From Methanobacteriota archaeon (GTDB taxonomy: Archaea > Halobacteriota > Bog-38 > Methanoflorentales > Methanoflorentaceae), in assembly GCA_963719035.1 (NCBI GenBank), contig CAVRAO010000012.1:96001-160000 (forward strand): a stretch of DNA of 64,000 nt, read 5' to 3'. The position numbers and the translations under genes are program-made. Below, in pieces: positions 42,765 through 52,130 of the stretch (positions are counted from its first letter, which is position 1; every line of letters begins with the position of its first letter). The notes under the pieces were generated by a model. The model made no database searches. It had not been told where the DNA came from and saw only the letters and a list, made by a program, of their open reading frames with translations.

Positions 42765-43493
42765 TTATCCTGTTTTTTGTACCGTTCCAACTCCTGTGAT
42801 CTGCTGATGAACCTCAGGGCTACCGTGGTACCTCACGGAACCAGTTCCTGTTATGCTGACGTCTAAGCTTTTCGTCACGGTCACTTCAGCTGAACCAGCT
42901 CCTTCTATTTTAATTGAAGTCGTGTCGGTGGCGAGTTCGGAACTTCTTAGACTTCCCACGCCGGTTAATACTGCGGTGTGATTAGTTGCGTTGCCACGCA
43001 AGTTTGCGGTACCTGCGCCCGAAATCCGCGTTGTGAGTTGCGTCGTGTTAAGATGGATGTTGAACGTGCCGGCACCTTGCAGCGTAAGGTTCAACGCGTT
43101 TGTGGTCAGTAGAGAGTCGCTTATTACGGTTCCTGCCCCGTCATTGTTTATCCCATCGATGGCTGAGAGCGACACGTAGACGTTGATAGGTTTGGTCGTC
43201 ACTATCGGTTGCGCAGCGTCCACGGTTAAGATGCCGTTCGAGACCTCCGTTCGAATGCGCGAAATAACGTCGCTTTCTGCATCAACTTTTACCGACTGTG
43301 CATCGCTTTGAGTCACGCGTAGCGTGCCCGGAACAGCAAAGTTGACGCTTGTAAACGTAGCGACGTTCCTTGTTTCTGTAGCCATTGTCCCAGATCCTTT
43401 GCTTTGGTTTGTTGTGATCTGAACGCACCCGCTAATGAGAATGACGCTTGTTAGTGCTACTGTTAACACATATGCTGCCTTCATTCTCGCCAC
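42765..43493 (-). CDS. Head GIN/DUF2807 domain lipoprotein
   Basis: ISGC lipobox; GSG...ETR.V..F; repeated I.GAG motifs. Confidence 0.85.
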   Translation of the reverse strand: MARMKAAYVLTVALTSVILISGCVQITTNQSKGSGTMATETRNVATFTSVNFAVPGTLRVTQSDAQSVKVDAESDVISRIRTEVSNGILTVDAAQPIVTTKPINVYVSLSAIDGINNDGAGTVISDSLLTTNALNLTLQGAGTFNIHLNTTQLTTRISGAGTANLRGNATNHTAVLTGVGSLRSSELATDTTSIKIEGAGSAEVTVTKSLDVSITGTGSVRYHGSPEVHQQITGVGTVQKTG

Positions 43494-43558
43494 GCCTCCC
43501 TGACTGTGGGCTAGTGCGTTTGAGATCTATTTAGGGATTTCGCAAGAGGACGTATCAT

Positions 43559-43870
43559 TCACACTAGCAATCTCAAGACAAACCGGGCCCCGCGTCCTTC
43601 GTCGCGCTCCACCACGATCGCGTCATCATGTAACTCGACAACGCGCTTGCAAACGGCAAGGCTAAGGCCAGGGCCTTTTGTTTTATTCGTAAAAAGGGGG
43701 CTGAAAAGCTTATCTTTGATATCAGCGCGAACCGACGCCGGCATCTTCCGCGGTTATGCATACCGCTCCGTCAGAGGTGCTGCGGGGATCGCAAGAGTTC
43801 CACCCTTGGGCATCGCTTGAATTGTATTATGATGAGATTTGTAAAAACGCGTTGCTGAGCTGAGGTTACT
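43559..43870 (-). pseudogene. Histidine kinase HATPase_c remnant
   Basis: QRVFTNL..N.IQAMPKGG, ED.GVG, LFSPLFT.K.KG.GL.L.VCKRVV with frameshifts; no N-terminal part. Confidence 0.7.
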
Positions 43871-44033
43871 TGTAAGCTCAGTTCTGATCAAATCTGCAGG
43901 CATGCAAGTCTCAGATTCAAGCGCTTTATGAATGACAGTTAAGCAAATAGCAGCCCCTCTTTAAACATCTAGAAGGCCATTTCTGTGAATAAAAATTAAT
44001 AGCATTAAGCATCTGGGTTAGTGGGGTATACGC

Positions 44034-44213
44034 ATGGATGACGCTGTAGATCACGTATTTGAGGCGCTTTTCGCTCTAACCGACTTGCGAGTGCTACTTC
44101 GCGAGACCGCCCCTTCACACAAGCTCGATGAGGAGCAGCTGTTGCAGGCCAGCGAAGCTCTCGTCCGAGCAAAAAACGCGCTTGAAGAGCTTGAAGAGGA
44201 GCTTCAAGAATGA
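44034..44213 (+). CDS. SepCysS-associated small protein (SepCysSn-like; absent from the ORF track)
   Basis: MDDAVDHVFEALFALTDLRVLLRETAPSHKLDEEQ...ELQE*; stop overlaps the pscS start (ATGA). Confidence 0.7.
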   Translation: MDDAVDHVFEALFALTDLRVLLRETAPSHKLDEEQLLQASEALVRAKNALEELEEELQE

Positions 44214-45382
44214 AAATCGCTGGGAACATACCGATGCGAGAGGTCGAGGAGCGCTATATCAACATCCAGCCGATCCAAGCAGCAGGCCGTTTGACTGCGG
44301 AGGCGATGAAGGCGCTCATCGTCTACGGTGACGGTTACTCGACGTGTGATCAATGTCGTAAGCCTTTTAGACTCGATAAAATAACCAAGCCACCCATCGC
44401 CGAGTTCCACAACGATCTCGCTCGGTTCCTCGGCATGGATGAAGCGCGTGTCACGCCCGGCGCACGGCGTGCGTTTCAAGCCGTTTGCCTAGCACTCGTT
44501 AAAAAAGGTGATACGGTTTTGGTCTCAGCTCTCGGACACTATACCGAATTTCTCGCCGTCGAAAACGCGAAGGCCGTAGTCCGCGAAGTTCCTGTAAATG
44601 AAGCTAATGTTATCACGGGCGACGTTATAGCGCAAAAAATCGAAGAAGTCACGCGTGAAAACGGTTGCCCGCCAGCCCTTGTCATGCTTGATCACTTCGA
44701 TTATTCACTCGCAAACGAGCATGATATTGCTGGGGCAGCGAAGGCAGCTCATCAGTACGATATTCCGATTCTGTATAACGGTGCGTATACAGTTGGCATA
44801 AAACCTGTTGATGGAAAATCACTCGACGTAGACTTCGTCGTTGGCAGTGGGCACAAGTCGATGGCGTCACCTGCACCAAGTGGTGTGTTGGCAACGACGA
44901 GCGAGTACACCGAGACGGTGTTCAGCACGACACAGATGATTGGTGACCTGACTGGACGGCAGTTTGGCGTTAAAGAGGTTCAGATGCTCGGCTGTACGCT
45001 TATGGGGGGCAACATCCTTGCCATGATGGCGTCTTTTCCGACAGTGAAGCATCGCGTTCAGGAATGGGATGAGTATGTCACGAAGTCGAATTATGTTATA
45101 GATACGCTCCTCGGCATAACTGGCAACACGTGCGTCAGCGAATACCCGCGCAAGCATACTTTGACTAAGGTGGACACGACCGGAAGCTTTGACACCGTCG
45201 CGCGGACACACAAACGAAGAGGCTTTTTCTTTAGCGACGAATTGAAGCAGCGAGGCATTGTCGGAGCTTTTGCTGGGGCGACGCGGGCGTGGAAGTTCAA
45301 CACATATGGCTTGAGCTGGGACCAGACACGCCATGTCGCAGACGCCTTTAGTGAAGTCGCTGGAAAGTACGGATTGTTATAG
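44210..45382 (+). CDS. pscS: O-phosphoseryl-tRNA:Cys-tRNA synthase (SepCysS)
   Basis: PIQAAGRLT, GDGYSTCDQC, GSGHKSMAS (PLP Lys) and LGCT motifs. Confidence 0.93.
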   Translation: MKIAGNIPMREVEERYINIQPIQAAGRLTAEAMKALIVYGDGYSTCDQCRKPFRLDKITKPPIAEFHNDLARFLGMDEARVTPGARRAFQAVCLALVKKGDTVLVSALGHYTEFLAVENAKAVVREVPVNEANVITGDVIAQKIEEVTRENGCPPALVMLDHFDYSLANEHDIAGAAKAAHQYDIPILYNGAYTVGIKPVDGKSLDVDFVVGSGHKSMASPAPSGVLATTSEYTETVFSTTQMIGDLTGRQFGVKEVQMLGCTLMGGNILAMMASFPTVKHRVQEWDEYVTKSNYVIDTLLGITGNTCVSEYPRKHTLTKVDTTGSFDTVARTHKRRGFFFSDELKQRGIVGAFAGATRAWKFNTYGLSWDQTRHVADAFSEVAGKYGLL

Positions 45383-45447
45383 CAAGCCGCGAACTGGTAG
45401 TTCGGCAAATACGCGTGAATAACTGCGTTTAAGGCTATGTGCGCAGC

Positions 45448-47442
45448 TTATAATTTCTTTTTAAACAATTCGTGCAGTTTTTCAGCGCCAATGATCTCCT
45501 CTTGGTCGAGCCCCCACTCGACGGGGTAAAAGACGAACGGCTTACATTGCGAGCCGCCCAATCCTCCGTGGCTCCCAACCAACTCCTCAAATGCGGCGAC
45601 TTCGTCGCTTTTCAGATCATAGACACTATTAACCAGTATGTCTGGGGCGTAACTAAAGCTGTCAGTGCGTCTCAAGTGATCGGCGGCGCGGGGGCCGAAG
45701 GCGGTGAGTGGATTCTGTCCTTCCCACCGGTCGTCGCGGAGATAATATATGCCATTGGCACCGGTTACGATTGATCCGTGCTCGTCCGATCGCACCATAA
45801 CGAAGCCTACCCACTCTTGATTGACGAGGCCCGGTATCAAATGGGGAAACGCGGCGTTGATCTGTTCGTAGCTCATGCGCTCTTGCCACTCAGTCAGGTA
45901 AACAAGACCCAAATTGCCGGAAGCCAAAACGATGGCCTGCGCTTCGTTGGCAGGCGTTTTACGGCCTCGTTTTTTTCCCCTTGTCCAGTCAACGACGGGG
46001 CTGACCTTTTGAGCGACCGCCTGTTTACGTCGAATGACGGGGTCTGCAAAGGCCTGTCCAAAGTGGTCTTGATTCGAGTCAAGAGCGCCGAATACCTTAG
46101 TATCTTCGCCCATAAGTCGTTTTACTAGGCTATCGAGATCGAAGCCACACCGTTGTTTGAACGTCGCCCCATTCGTCTGTCCGTGGTCGGAGAGGACAGC
46201 AAGCTGGTACGGTCGTGGGGCATAGTTGGTCGCGTGTTCCAGCCGGTGAAACTGCTTGTCCAGTTGTCTGAGCACTCGAAACGCAGCGTAGTCGGTGATG
46301 CCGTTGTGGTGGGCAACCTCATCGTATGCGACATACGTCGCGTAGGCCACGTCAACGCGGCCGGAGATGATGTCGCCAACTAACGTGTCAGTCGTGACCT
46401 CTCGCAGAAACACGTTGACACCGGCGCGCGTCAGGAAGTAGACGAACAGACCCTTTCGCAAACGCGGCGTGACGTTTAAGACGCGTTGCCGCACGCGACC
46501 GAAGAATTCTTCGACCACGTCCCAAATAAAGAGCGCGATTATACGGGGAAAATTCGAAGGATTCGAGTAAAAGAAGTACCACGATCTTGTGTAGAAGTTT
46601 TTCAGATCTTTCAGTCGGCTATAGGTAAAAATAGAATCGGCGGCGTCACCGGAGAAGAGGTTCGACCGACTCGCTCCATTGGTCGCTAAGAGTCCGTGCC
46701 CATTCGAAACGCGAGCTTCGATTGTGGGCGCATCTGAGAGGCCCGTTGAGACCGTGATCTTGTTGCCGTGTTCCTTTTCCACCCAGCGGAACGCGGGGAT
46801 ATCGTTATTGTTTCCGTGCAAAATGCCCGCCTGGCTCGCCCCCGTTTGACTGGATAAGTCGGTTTCCCACGAGGTCAGCTCGTGGCTTCCTCGTTTGAGC
46901 CAACTGGCGAGTGTCGGCATATATCCTTTGGTGAGAGCTTGTCGAAGCACCGAGTCTGCCAGACCATCAATCTCAAGGAAAATAACCCCTGCTGCGTCTG
47001 TCCGAACTGCCCCCTTTGCTTTCCGGGCCTCTTTTTGTAGGACATTGCGGTAGTACCACGCGTCATCATCGCTCGTGAGGAGGCTTGCGAGCACGACGTT
47101 TATCGCAGCCAATCCAATGGGGGTTAAAATGAGCGCTCCTAACCCTTCAACGGTCACACCGGGTACGAATTCGCTTGTAAGCCATATCAATAACGCGTTG
47201 AGCAGTAACGCCCCGACGCCGAAGGTGTAGGCGAGAAACGGCAGTGTAAGTCGAGAGAGGATTGGCCACAAGATAGCATTTAAAATACCGAGCACTGCCA
47301 CAAACACGAGGGCCGTTTCAAAACTGTTGACGCTCAATCCTGGAATCAAGCGGATAAGGAGAAGGAGTCCGAGTGCTTCACCGACCCAAATCACCAACGT
47401 TCGGTAGACGTAGCGCCAATAAAACCTTGGCCTGTTTTCCAT
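45448..47442 (-). CDS. Phage-holin-like membrane domain fused to an alkaline-phosphatase/nucleotide-pyrophosphatase domain
   Basis: Four N-terminal TMs; EIDGL, SQTGASQ, YDEVAHH, LSDHGQ and GSHGGLGG motifs. Confidence 0.8.
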   Translation of the reverse strand: MENRPRFYWRYVYRTLVIWVGEALGLLLLIRLIPGLSVNSFETALVFVAVLGILNAILWPILSRLTLPFLAYTFGVGALLLNALLIWLTSEFVPGVTVEGLGALILTPIGLAAINVVLASLLTSDDDAWYYRNVLQKEARKAKGAVRTDAAGVIFLEIDGLADSVLRQALTKGYMPTLASWLKRGSHELTSWETDLSSQTGASQAGILHGNNNDIPAFRWVEKEHGNKITVSTGLSDAPTIEARVSNGHGLLATNGASRSNLFSGDAADSIFTYSRLKDLKNFYTRSWYFFYSNPSNFPRIIALFIWDVVEEFFGRVRQRVLNVTPRLRKGLFVYFLTRAGVNVFLREVTTDTLVGDIISGRVDVAYATYVAYDEVAHHNGITDYAAFRVLRQLDKQFHRLEHATNYAPRPYQLAVLSDHGQTNGATFKQRCGFDLDSLVKRLMGEDTKVFGALDSNQDHFGQAFADPVIRRKQAVAQKVSPVVDWTRGKKRGRKTPANEAQAIVLASGNLGLVYLTEWQERMSYEQINAAFPHLIPGLVNQEWVGFVMVRSDEHGSIVTGANGIYYLRDDRWEGQNPLTAFGPRAADHLRRTDSFSYAPDILVNSVYDLKSDEVAAFEELVGSHGGLGGSQCKPFVFYPVEWGLDQEEIIGAEKLHELFKKKL

Positions 47443-48297
47443 TTACGAACTCTCTGAGCAAGCTAAGGTAAAAACCGTAATTTCAGGTGGGCAATTAACA
47501 CGGATCCAGAAAACGTTGGTTCCAAGACCACGACTCGTGTAATGGACCATGTCGCCGACTTGATAGCGGCCCAGCGGGTATTTCTTAGCGTGAGGCGCCT
47601 TCACTAACGTTCCTATGCCAGGGATGATGAATTGGCCTCCATGCGAATGACCCGAGATCTGTAGACTAAATCGCCCCGTCGTTGCGCTCACGTCAGCAAA
47701 GTCAGGTTCGTGGGCCAACAGGATTGCAGGACCTGAGGATGGAAGTTTGCTGAGCACGACATCCAGGCGGTGTTTGTGGAGGGAAACGCTGTCGACGCCA
47801 GCGATGTGTAACGCTGCCCCCCCTCGATGTAACGTATAGACATCATTACTGAGGTCGACGATGTTGCTTTGCCGCAATATCTCTCGAACCGCTCCCTCAT
47901 CGACCCAGTGATCGTGATTCCCGAGAACTGCGACACTCACGTCCTTTGGGTTTAGTTTAGTAAATAACGCAATCGTCTCCGTGGAATATCGATCAACCTC
48001 GTATGAGAAGAGATCGCCAATAATAGCGATCAGATCAGGGTGCTGCTGGTTGATCATTCCAATAACGCCGTCCAAGCGTTTTGGGTTGAGCCATTGGCCG
48101 ACGTGGACATCTGCAATGCTTGCTATCCTGTAACCGTCGAAGGCGGGATTTAGGTCAGGAATGGTCACGTATACGTGCTCGATCTGAAAAACGCTAGGCT
48201 CAAACCCGTCGCTTCCCATTTTTTCAGATAACGTTGTCATTGCCATCTGTAGGTTTTTTCGAAAAGCGAGGCTTCTCACATGGCGTGCTTTCTTCAT
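47443..48297 (-). CDS. Calcineurin-like metallophosphoesterase
   Basis: D.H, GD, GNHD, HEP and GHSHGGQ motifs. Confidence 0.9.
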   Translation of the reverse strand: MKKARHVRSLAFRKNLQMAMTTLSEKMGSDGFEPSVFQIEHVYVTIPDLNPAFDGYRIASIADVHVGQWLNPKRLDGVIGMINQQHPDLIAIIGDLFSYEVDRYSTETIALFTKLNPKDVSVAVLGNHDHWVDEGAVREILRQSNIVDLSNDVYTLHRGGAALHIAGVDSVSLHKHRLDVVLSKLPSSGPAILLAHEPDFADVSATTGRFSLQISGHSHGGQFIIPGIGTLVKAPHAKKYPLGRYQVGDMVHYTSRGLGTNVFWIRVNCPPEITVFTLACSESS

Positions 48298-48608
48298 AAT
48301 CCTCTGTTCTCGACTTGCGTTACGCTAATCGTGACCATTCTTTATATAGCGAATATTGTGTAATAAGGGTATTTCAAAGCTTTTTGACTAGTTAGTCGTC
48401 AAGAAGCGGATGTGGCTGGGACATAAACCTTTTGACCGACAAATCTACCAGGCTATTGCACAGATTTGGTCGGTGGCAAACGCCTCAGTAACATCGAAAC
48501 TCTCATACATAAAGATTAGGAACTGAGCGTAATAATACAACATAAGTAGAATCGCTGCTCTTTATGAAGTTGTAAGCGTTAAAACGCTCTTCGAAAGAAG
48601 CCTATTAG

Positions 48609-50057
48609 CTAGAGCAAAGCTGAAAAAAGGCGCGAAATTGACTCTTTTATTTTGACAGTGGAGGACCGGTGAGCATACCGTTGTGGGGTCAGCTCGGTGC
48701 AGACCTCTAGATCTTTCTCGAACGCATCTTTCAAGGACCGGGCAACTGTTTGATCGTAAATAATTGCATTGGTCTCAAAATTCAACCCGAAGCTCCGCAA
48801 ATCCCAGTTTGCACTCCCCACTGACGCTGCGACCTCATCCACGACGATTGTCTTTGCGTGAAGGAACCCATTTTCGTATGTATACGCTCGAACCCCTGAT
48901 TCGAGCAGTTGCCCCACGAAGGAAAGCCCCGCCCAATAGACAAAGGGATGATCAGGCCGGTTCGGAATCATAATCCGCACGTCAAGCCCAGACAGTGCTG
49001 CAATCCGCAGTGCGTCGCGCACGCTGTCGTCAGGGATAAAATAGGGCGTCTGCAGATAGACCGACTCAGTTGCGGAATTGATCATCTTAAGGTAAGCCTC
49101 TTTTATTGGGTTCCAGTAGGTGTCCGGCCCCCCTGAGACTACCTGTACGGCAGCTCCGGAAGACGACACGATATCAGGGAAATAACGATGCTGGTACGCC
49201 TGTCGCTCCCCTTTTGCTGCATAGTTCCAATCAAAGAAGAAGCGAAGCTGACAGGCCAAAGCTGCATCTCCTTCAATCCGAACGGCGGCGTCGCGCCAGT
49301 ATCCCCATTTCTTAACCTTGCCGAGATATTCGTCACCAATGTTGAATCCCCCAACAAAGGCGGTCTTTCCATCGATGACCGCAATTTTTCGGTGATTCCT
49401 AAAATTTGACCGCAGGTTCAGAAAGCGTATGCGTGAAGGGAAAAAGAACGCAACCTGCCCGCCCGCACTCTTTAGGTTACAAAAAAAATTTCGCGGTAGC
49501 CGAGCACAGCCGAGGCCGTCGCACAAAACTCTGACTTCGACGCCCACCGATGCGCGCTCCGTAAGCTCGTCTCGAAGCTTGTGGCTGAGTTCATCATCCC
49601 TCCAAATATAGTATTCGAGGTGAACATGATCGCGTGCTCCTTTGATTGCGGCAATAAGGTCAGCAAATTTTTCACTGCCATCAGTGTACGCTTTAATCTG
49701 GTTGTTCGTCGAAAGCATCGAACCGTTGTCCTCAATCAGCATCAAAATCATGCGGCGGAAGACACTAGACAAATGATTGAGGGCCGGAAATTCGCGTGTT
49801 TTCAGTTCGCTTTTCTGCTGTTCGATAAGGGTTCTTAAAGCCTCATCTGCATCCTTCTTAATTCGAAACATCTTCTTTTTGCGATAATTCTGACCAAGGA
49901 AGACGTACAGGACAAACCCGACAACCGGCAAGAAAAAGAGCACCATTAGCCATGCCCATATGACTGCGGGATTTTTTCTTTCGACGAAGACGACAGTAAT
50001 AGCGAAAAGAAGATCCGAGATAAGAATTGCGATCAGTATGAGGTCAATAATATTCAT
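48609..50057 (-). CDS. cls: Cardiolipin synthase (bacterial ClsA-type PLD)
   Basis: Two N-terminal TMs and two HKD motifs (HRKIAVID, HAKTIVVD). Confidence 0.92.
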   Translation of the reverse strand: MNIIDLILIAILISDLLFAITVVFVERKNPAVIWAWLMVLFFLPVVGFVLYVFLGQNYRKKKMFRIKKDADEALRTLIEQQKSELKTREFPALNHLSSVFRRMILMLIEDNGSMLSTNNQIKAYTDGSEKFADLIAAIKGARDHVHLEYYIWRDDELSHKLRDELTERASVGVEVRVLCDGLGCARLPRNFFCNLKSAGGQVAFFFPSRIRFLNLRSNFRNHRKIAVIDGKTAFVGGFNIGDEYLGKVKKWGYWRDAAVRIEGDAALACQLRFFFDWNYAAKGERQAYQHRYFPDIVSSSGAAVQVVSGGPDTYWNPIKEAYLKMINSATESVYLQTPYFIPDDSVRDALRIAALSGLDVRIMIPNRPDHPFVYWAGLSFVGQLLESGVRAYTYENGFLHAKTIVVDEVAASVGSANWDLRSFGLNFETNAIIYDQTVARSLKDAFEKDLEVCTELTPQRYAHRSSTVKIKESISRLFSALL

Positions 50058-50342
50058 GTTTTTCTTTTGAGAACTCGTCCGAGATAGCGCGCTGTTGCCG
50101 TGGCTTGAATGGTTTCAGAGCAGATATTCTCTTTGATTATGTTCGGGAGCACTTCTCGCTATGCAAGTGGCAGCTGAGCTGTGAGTCTGAGGGGCCCCAT
50201 TTTGCCAGACGATTGGCACTTTGTTCATAATAAGCCCTCTCAGCATCTTCTGACTGGATCGGTCATAGCAGCCGAAACTACTTCGGCATCAATGCTCAGA
50301 GAGCGTATCATTCAGAAAGGAGTTGATCCAGTCATTCAACAG

Positions 50343-50864
50343 CTAAGGCTGCTCCAGCAGGTGAGTAACGAGGGCTCCGAATTTGCGCGCGCTCTGTTCA
50401 TCAAGCTTGTTTACTTGCTTAATCGGTACCCCTATAAGTTTAGCAAAATCCTCTATGAGCTTCCTGTCCGTATCGGAGAGCTTGTTAACGTCGAGATATC
50501 CCCCAAACACCTCGATTGCTCGAACGCGCCCTTCAGCGCGCTCTTGCAAGTCTGCCACGTACCGATGCACGAGCTCCTCTTTAGGCACTGCCCCGTAGTC
50601 GACGCAAACAACGAAAAGCGCCACGTCTTTGTCGTTTAATTGATCGCGGTTCGCGGCAAGGAAGTTCACCACACTAGGCAGTGGATGCTCTTCGTAAATC
50701 GGAGAACCGATCACGATGAAGTCGAAACCGCCCGGATCAGCTTCGGCGACGTTCCGTACAACCACGTCGACGTGTCCTTTGCTCGCTGCCCCTTCAGCTA
50801 TCCACCGCGCAACGGTTTTCGTGGAGCCGTATCGCGTGTCGTAAATGATTAGAACGCGAGCCAT
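50343..50864 (-). CDS. Flavodoxin-domain protein (HemG-like)
   Basis: LIIYDTRYGST..VA..IA and IGSPIY; ATG at 50864 after GGCGG. Confidence 0.8.
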   Translation of the reverse strand: MARVLIIYDTRYGSTKTVARWIAEGAASKGHVDVVVRNVAEADPGGFDFIVIGSPIYEEHPLPSVVNFLAANRDQLNDKDVALFVVCVDYGAVPKEELVHRYVADLQERAEGRVRAIEVFGGYLDVNKLSDTDRKLIEDFAKLIGVPIKQVNKLDEQSARKFGALVTHLLEQP

Positions 50865-50898
50865 GCCGCCTGTTACACCGTCCGCATGAGTGCCAGCA

Positions 50899-51474
50899 TC
50901 ACGCGTGCAGTTTCTTAAGGAGCCACGCCATATTCTTGCCAAGGGTGGTCATCGTCGCCAAGCCCTCCGCATCATTTTGCACTTCGCCGACAGCTTGGCC
51001 GATCCCGATATTCCAGTAGCTCGATCCGGGAATGATCATCTGACTGATGAGAAAGAAGTGATTGATCGAGTCAAAAGCGTGGATGGCACCAGCTCGTCTT
51101 ACAGCAACGACTGCCGCACCGACTTTGCGCTGAAATATATCGTCATTTGCCCGAGCCACGAAGCCAGCTCGTTCAATAAGCGCTTTAAGTCCAGACGAGA
51201 GGTCAGCAAAGTAAGTCGGCGAACCCAAAATGATCCCGTCAGCTTCGACCATCTTTGCGATGTACTCGTTCACAGCATCGCCAGTCACAGCGCAGCATTG
51301 ATCTTGGTTCTCCTTGCACTCGGAACACGCGATACAGCCTTGGATGTGTGTTCCTGCAAGTTGAATAAGCTCGGTGTCTATCCCCTCTTTTTCGAGTTCG
51401 CTCAACACCTGCTTAATAAGAATTGCTGTGTTACCATCCTTGCGCGCACTGCCGTTAAAAGCTATAACCTTTAT
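50899..51474 (-). CDS. Iron-sulfur flavoprotein / NADPH-dependent FMN reductase
   Basis: KVIAFNGSARKDGNT, CIACSEC.....C and GSPTYF; codon at the Met position is ATA. Confidence 0.88.
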   Translation of the reverse strand: MKVIAFNGSARKDGNTAILIKQVLSELEKEGIDTELIQLAGTHIQGCIACSECKENQDQCCAVTGDAVNEYIAKMVEADGIILGSPTYFADLSSGLKALIERAGFVARANDDIFQRKVGAAVVAVRRAGAIHAFDSINHFFLISQMIIPGSSYWNIGIGQAVGEVQNDAEGLATMTTLGKNMAWLLKKLHA

Positions 51475-51774
51475 TGAAATTCCTCCTCTTTCCTGAGGTC
51501 CTTTGAACGACCCTTCATGGCCAGCACGGAAAGACTCCTTATAACTGTTACGTTGATAATCGGTAGCAGTTCGAAGCAAAGCCTATTGAGGCTATGTGCC
51601 ATTTGCAGCAAAAAACAACGCTGAAGTCTCCAGAATCTTTTCTGGCGGTTTGCGAAGAAGCGTCGTGTCAAAAAAGATCAAGGCGCTTTACGCACTTCAT
51701 CTGTCTGGTTAAGCTGTAGTCACTCTGAGGACGACTGCCTTAAAAGTTCAAACCTATCCCTTGCGCTTAAAATA

Positions 51775-51930
51775 TTAGCTTGAAATCTTGCTTTCGGCAG
51801 GCCATACCTCTTGTTTTGCCGTGTGTTCATTTTTTTCGATGCAAAACGGACATAAGGTGTAGCCATTAAAAGGGTTCATTCGTACCGGCTTGCCACAGCA
51901 GGTACATATTAACATTTCTGCCTCGGTCAT
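51775..51930 (-). CDS. 51-aa zinc-ribbon microprotein (absent from the ORF track)
   Basis: SD GAGGGG; MTEAEMLICTCCGKPVRMNPFNGYTLCPFCIEK... Confidence 0.6.
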   Translation of the reverse strand: MTEAEMLICTCCGKPVRMNPFNGYTLCPFCIEKNEHTAKQEVWPAESKISS

Positions 51931-52130
51931 ATAGATAGCCCCCCTCTTCTTGCGGCGATTTAATTCTGTTGCGGATTACTGGTTTAATCGACTACTCACA
52001 TTTAAGCTTTTCGAAGTTCAGCGTTTTCGCGACCAAAAAACGTTAATCGAGGCATTTTTCAGCCACTGCAGCCCTCAAGCTCAGCGAAGTCCGGTATTTA
52101 TACGACGAGTTGGATACATAATAGTAAGCA

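Noticed and set aside
45448-47442. Prophage lysis gene
   Set aside because: The holin-like domain is fused to a phosphatase fold and no viral genes are nearby
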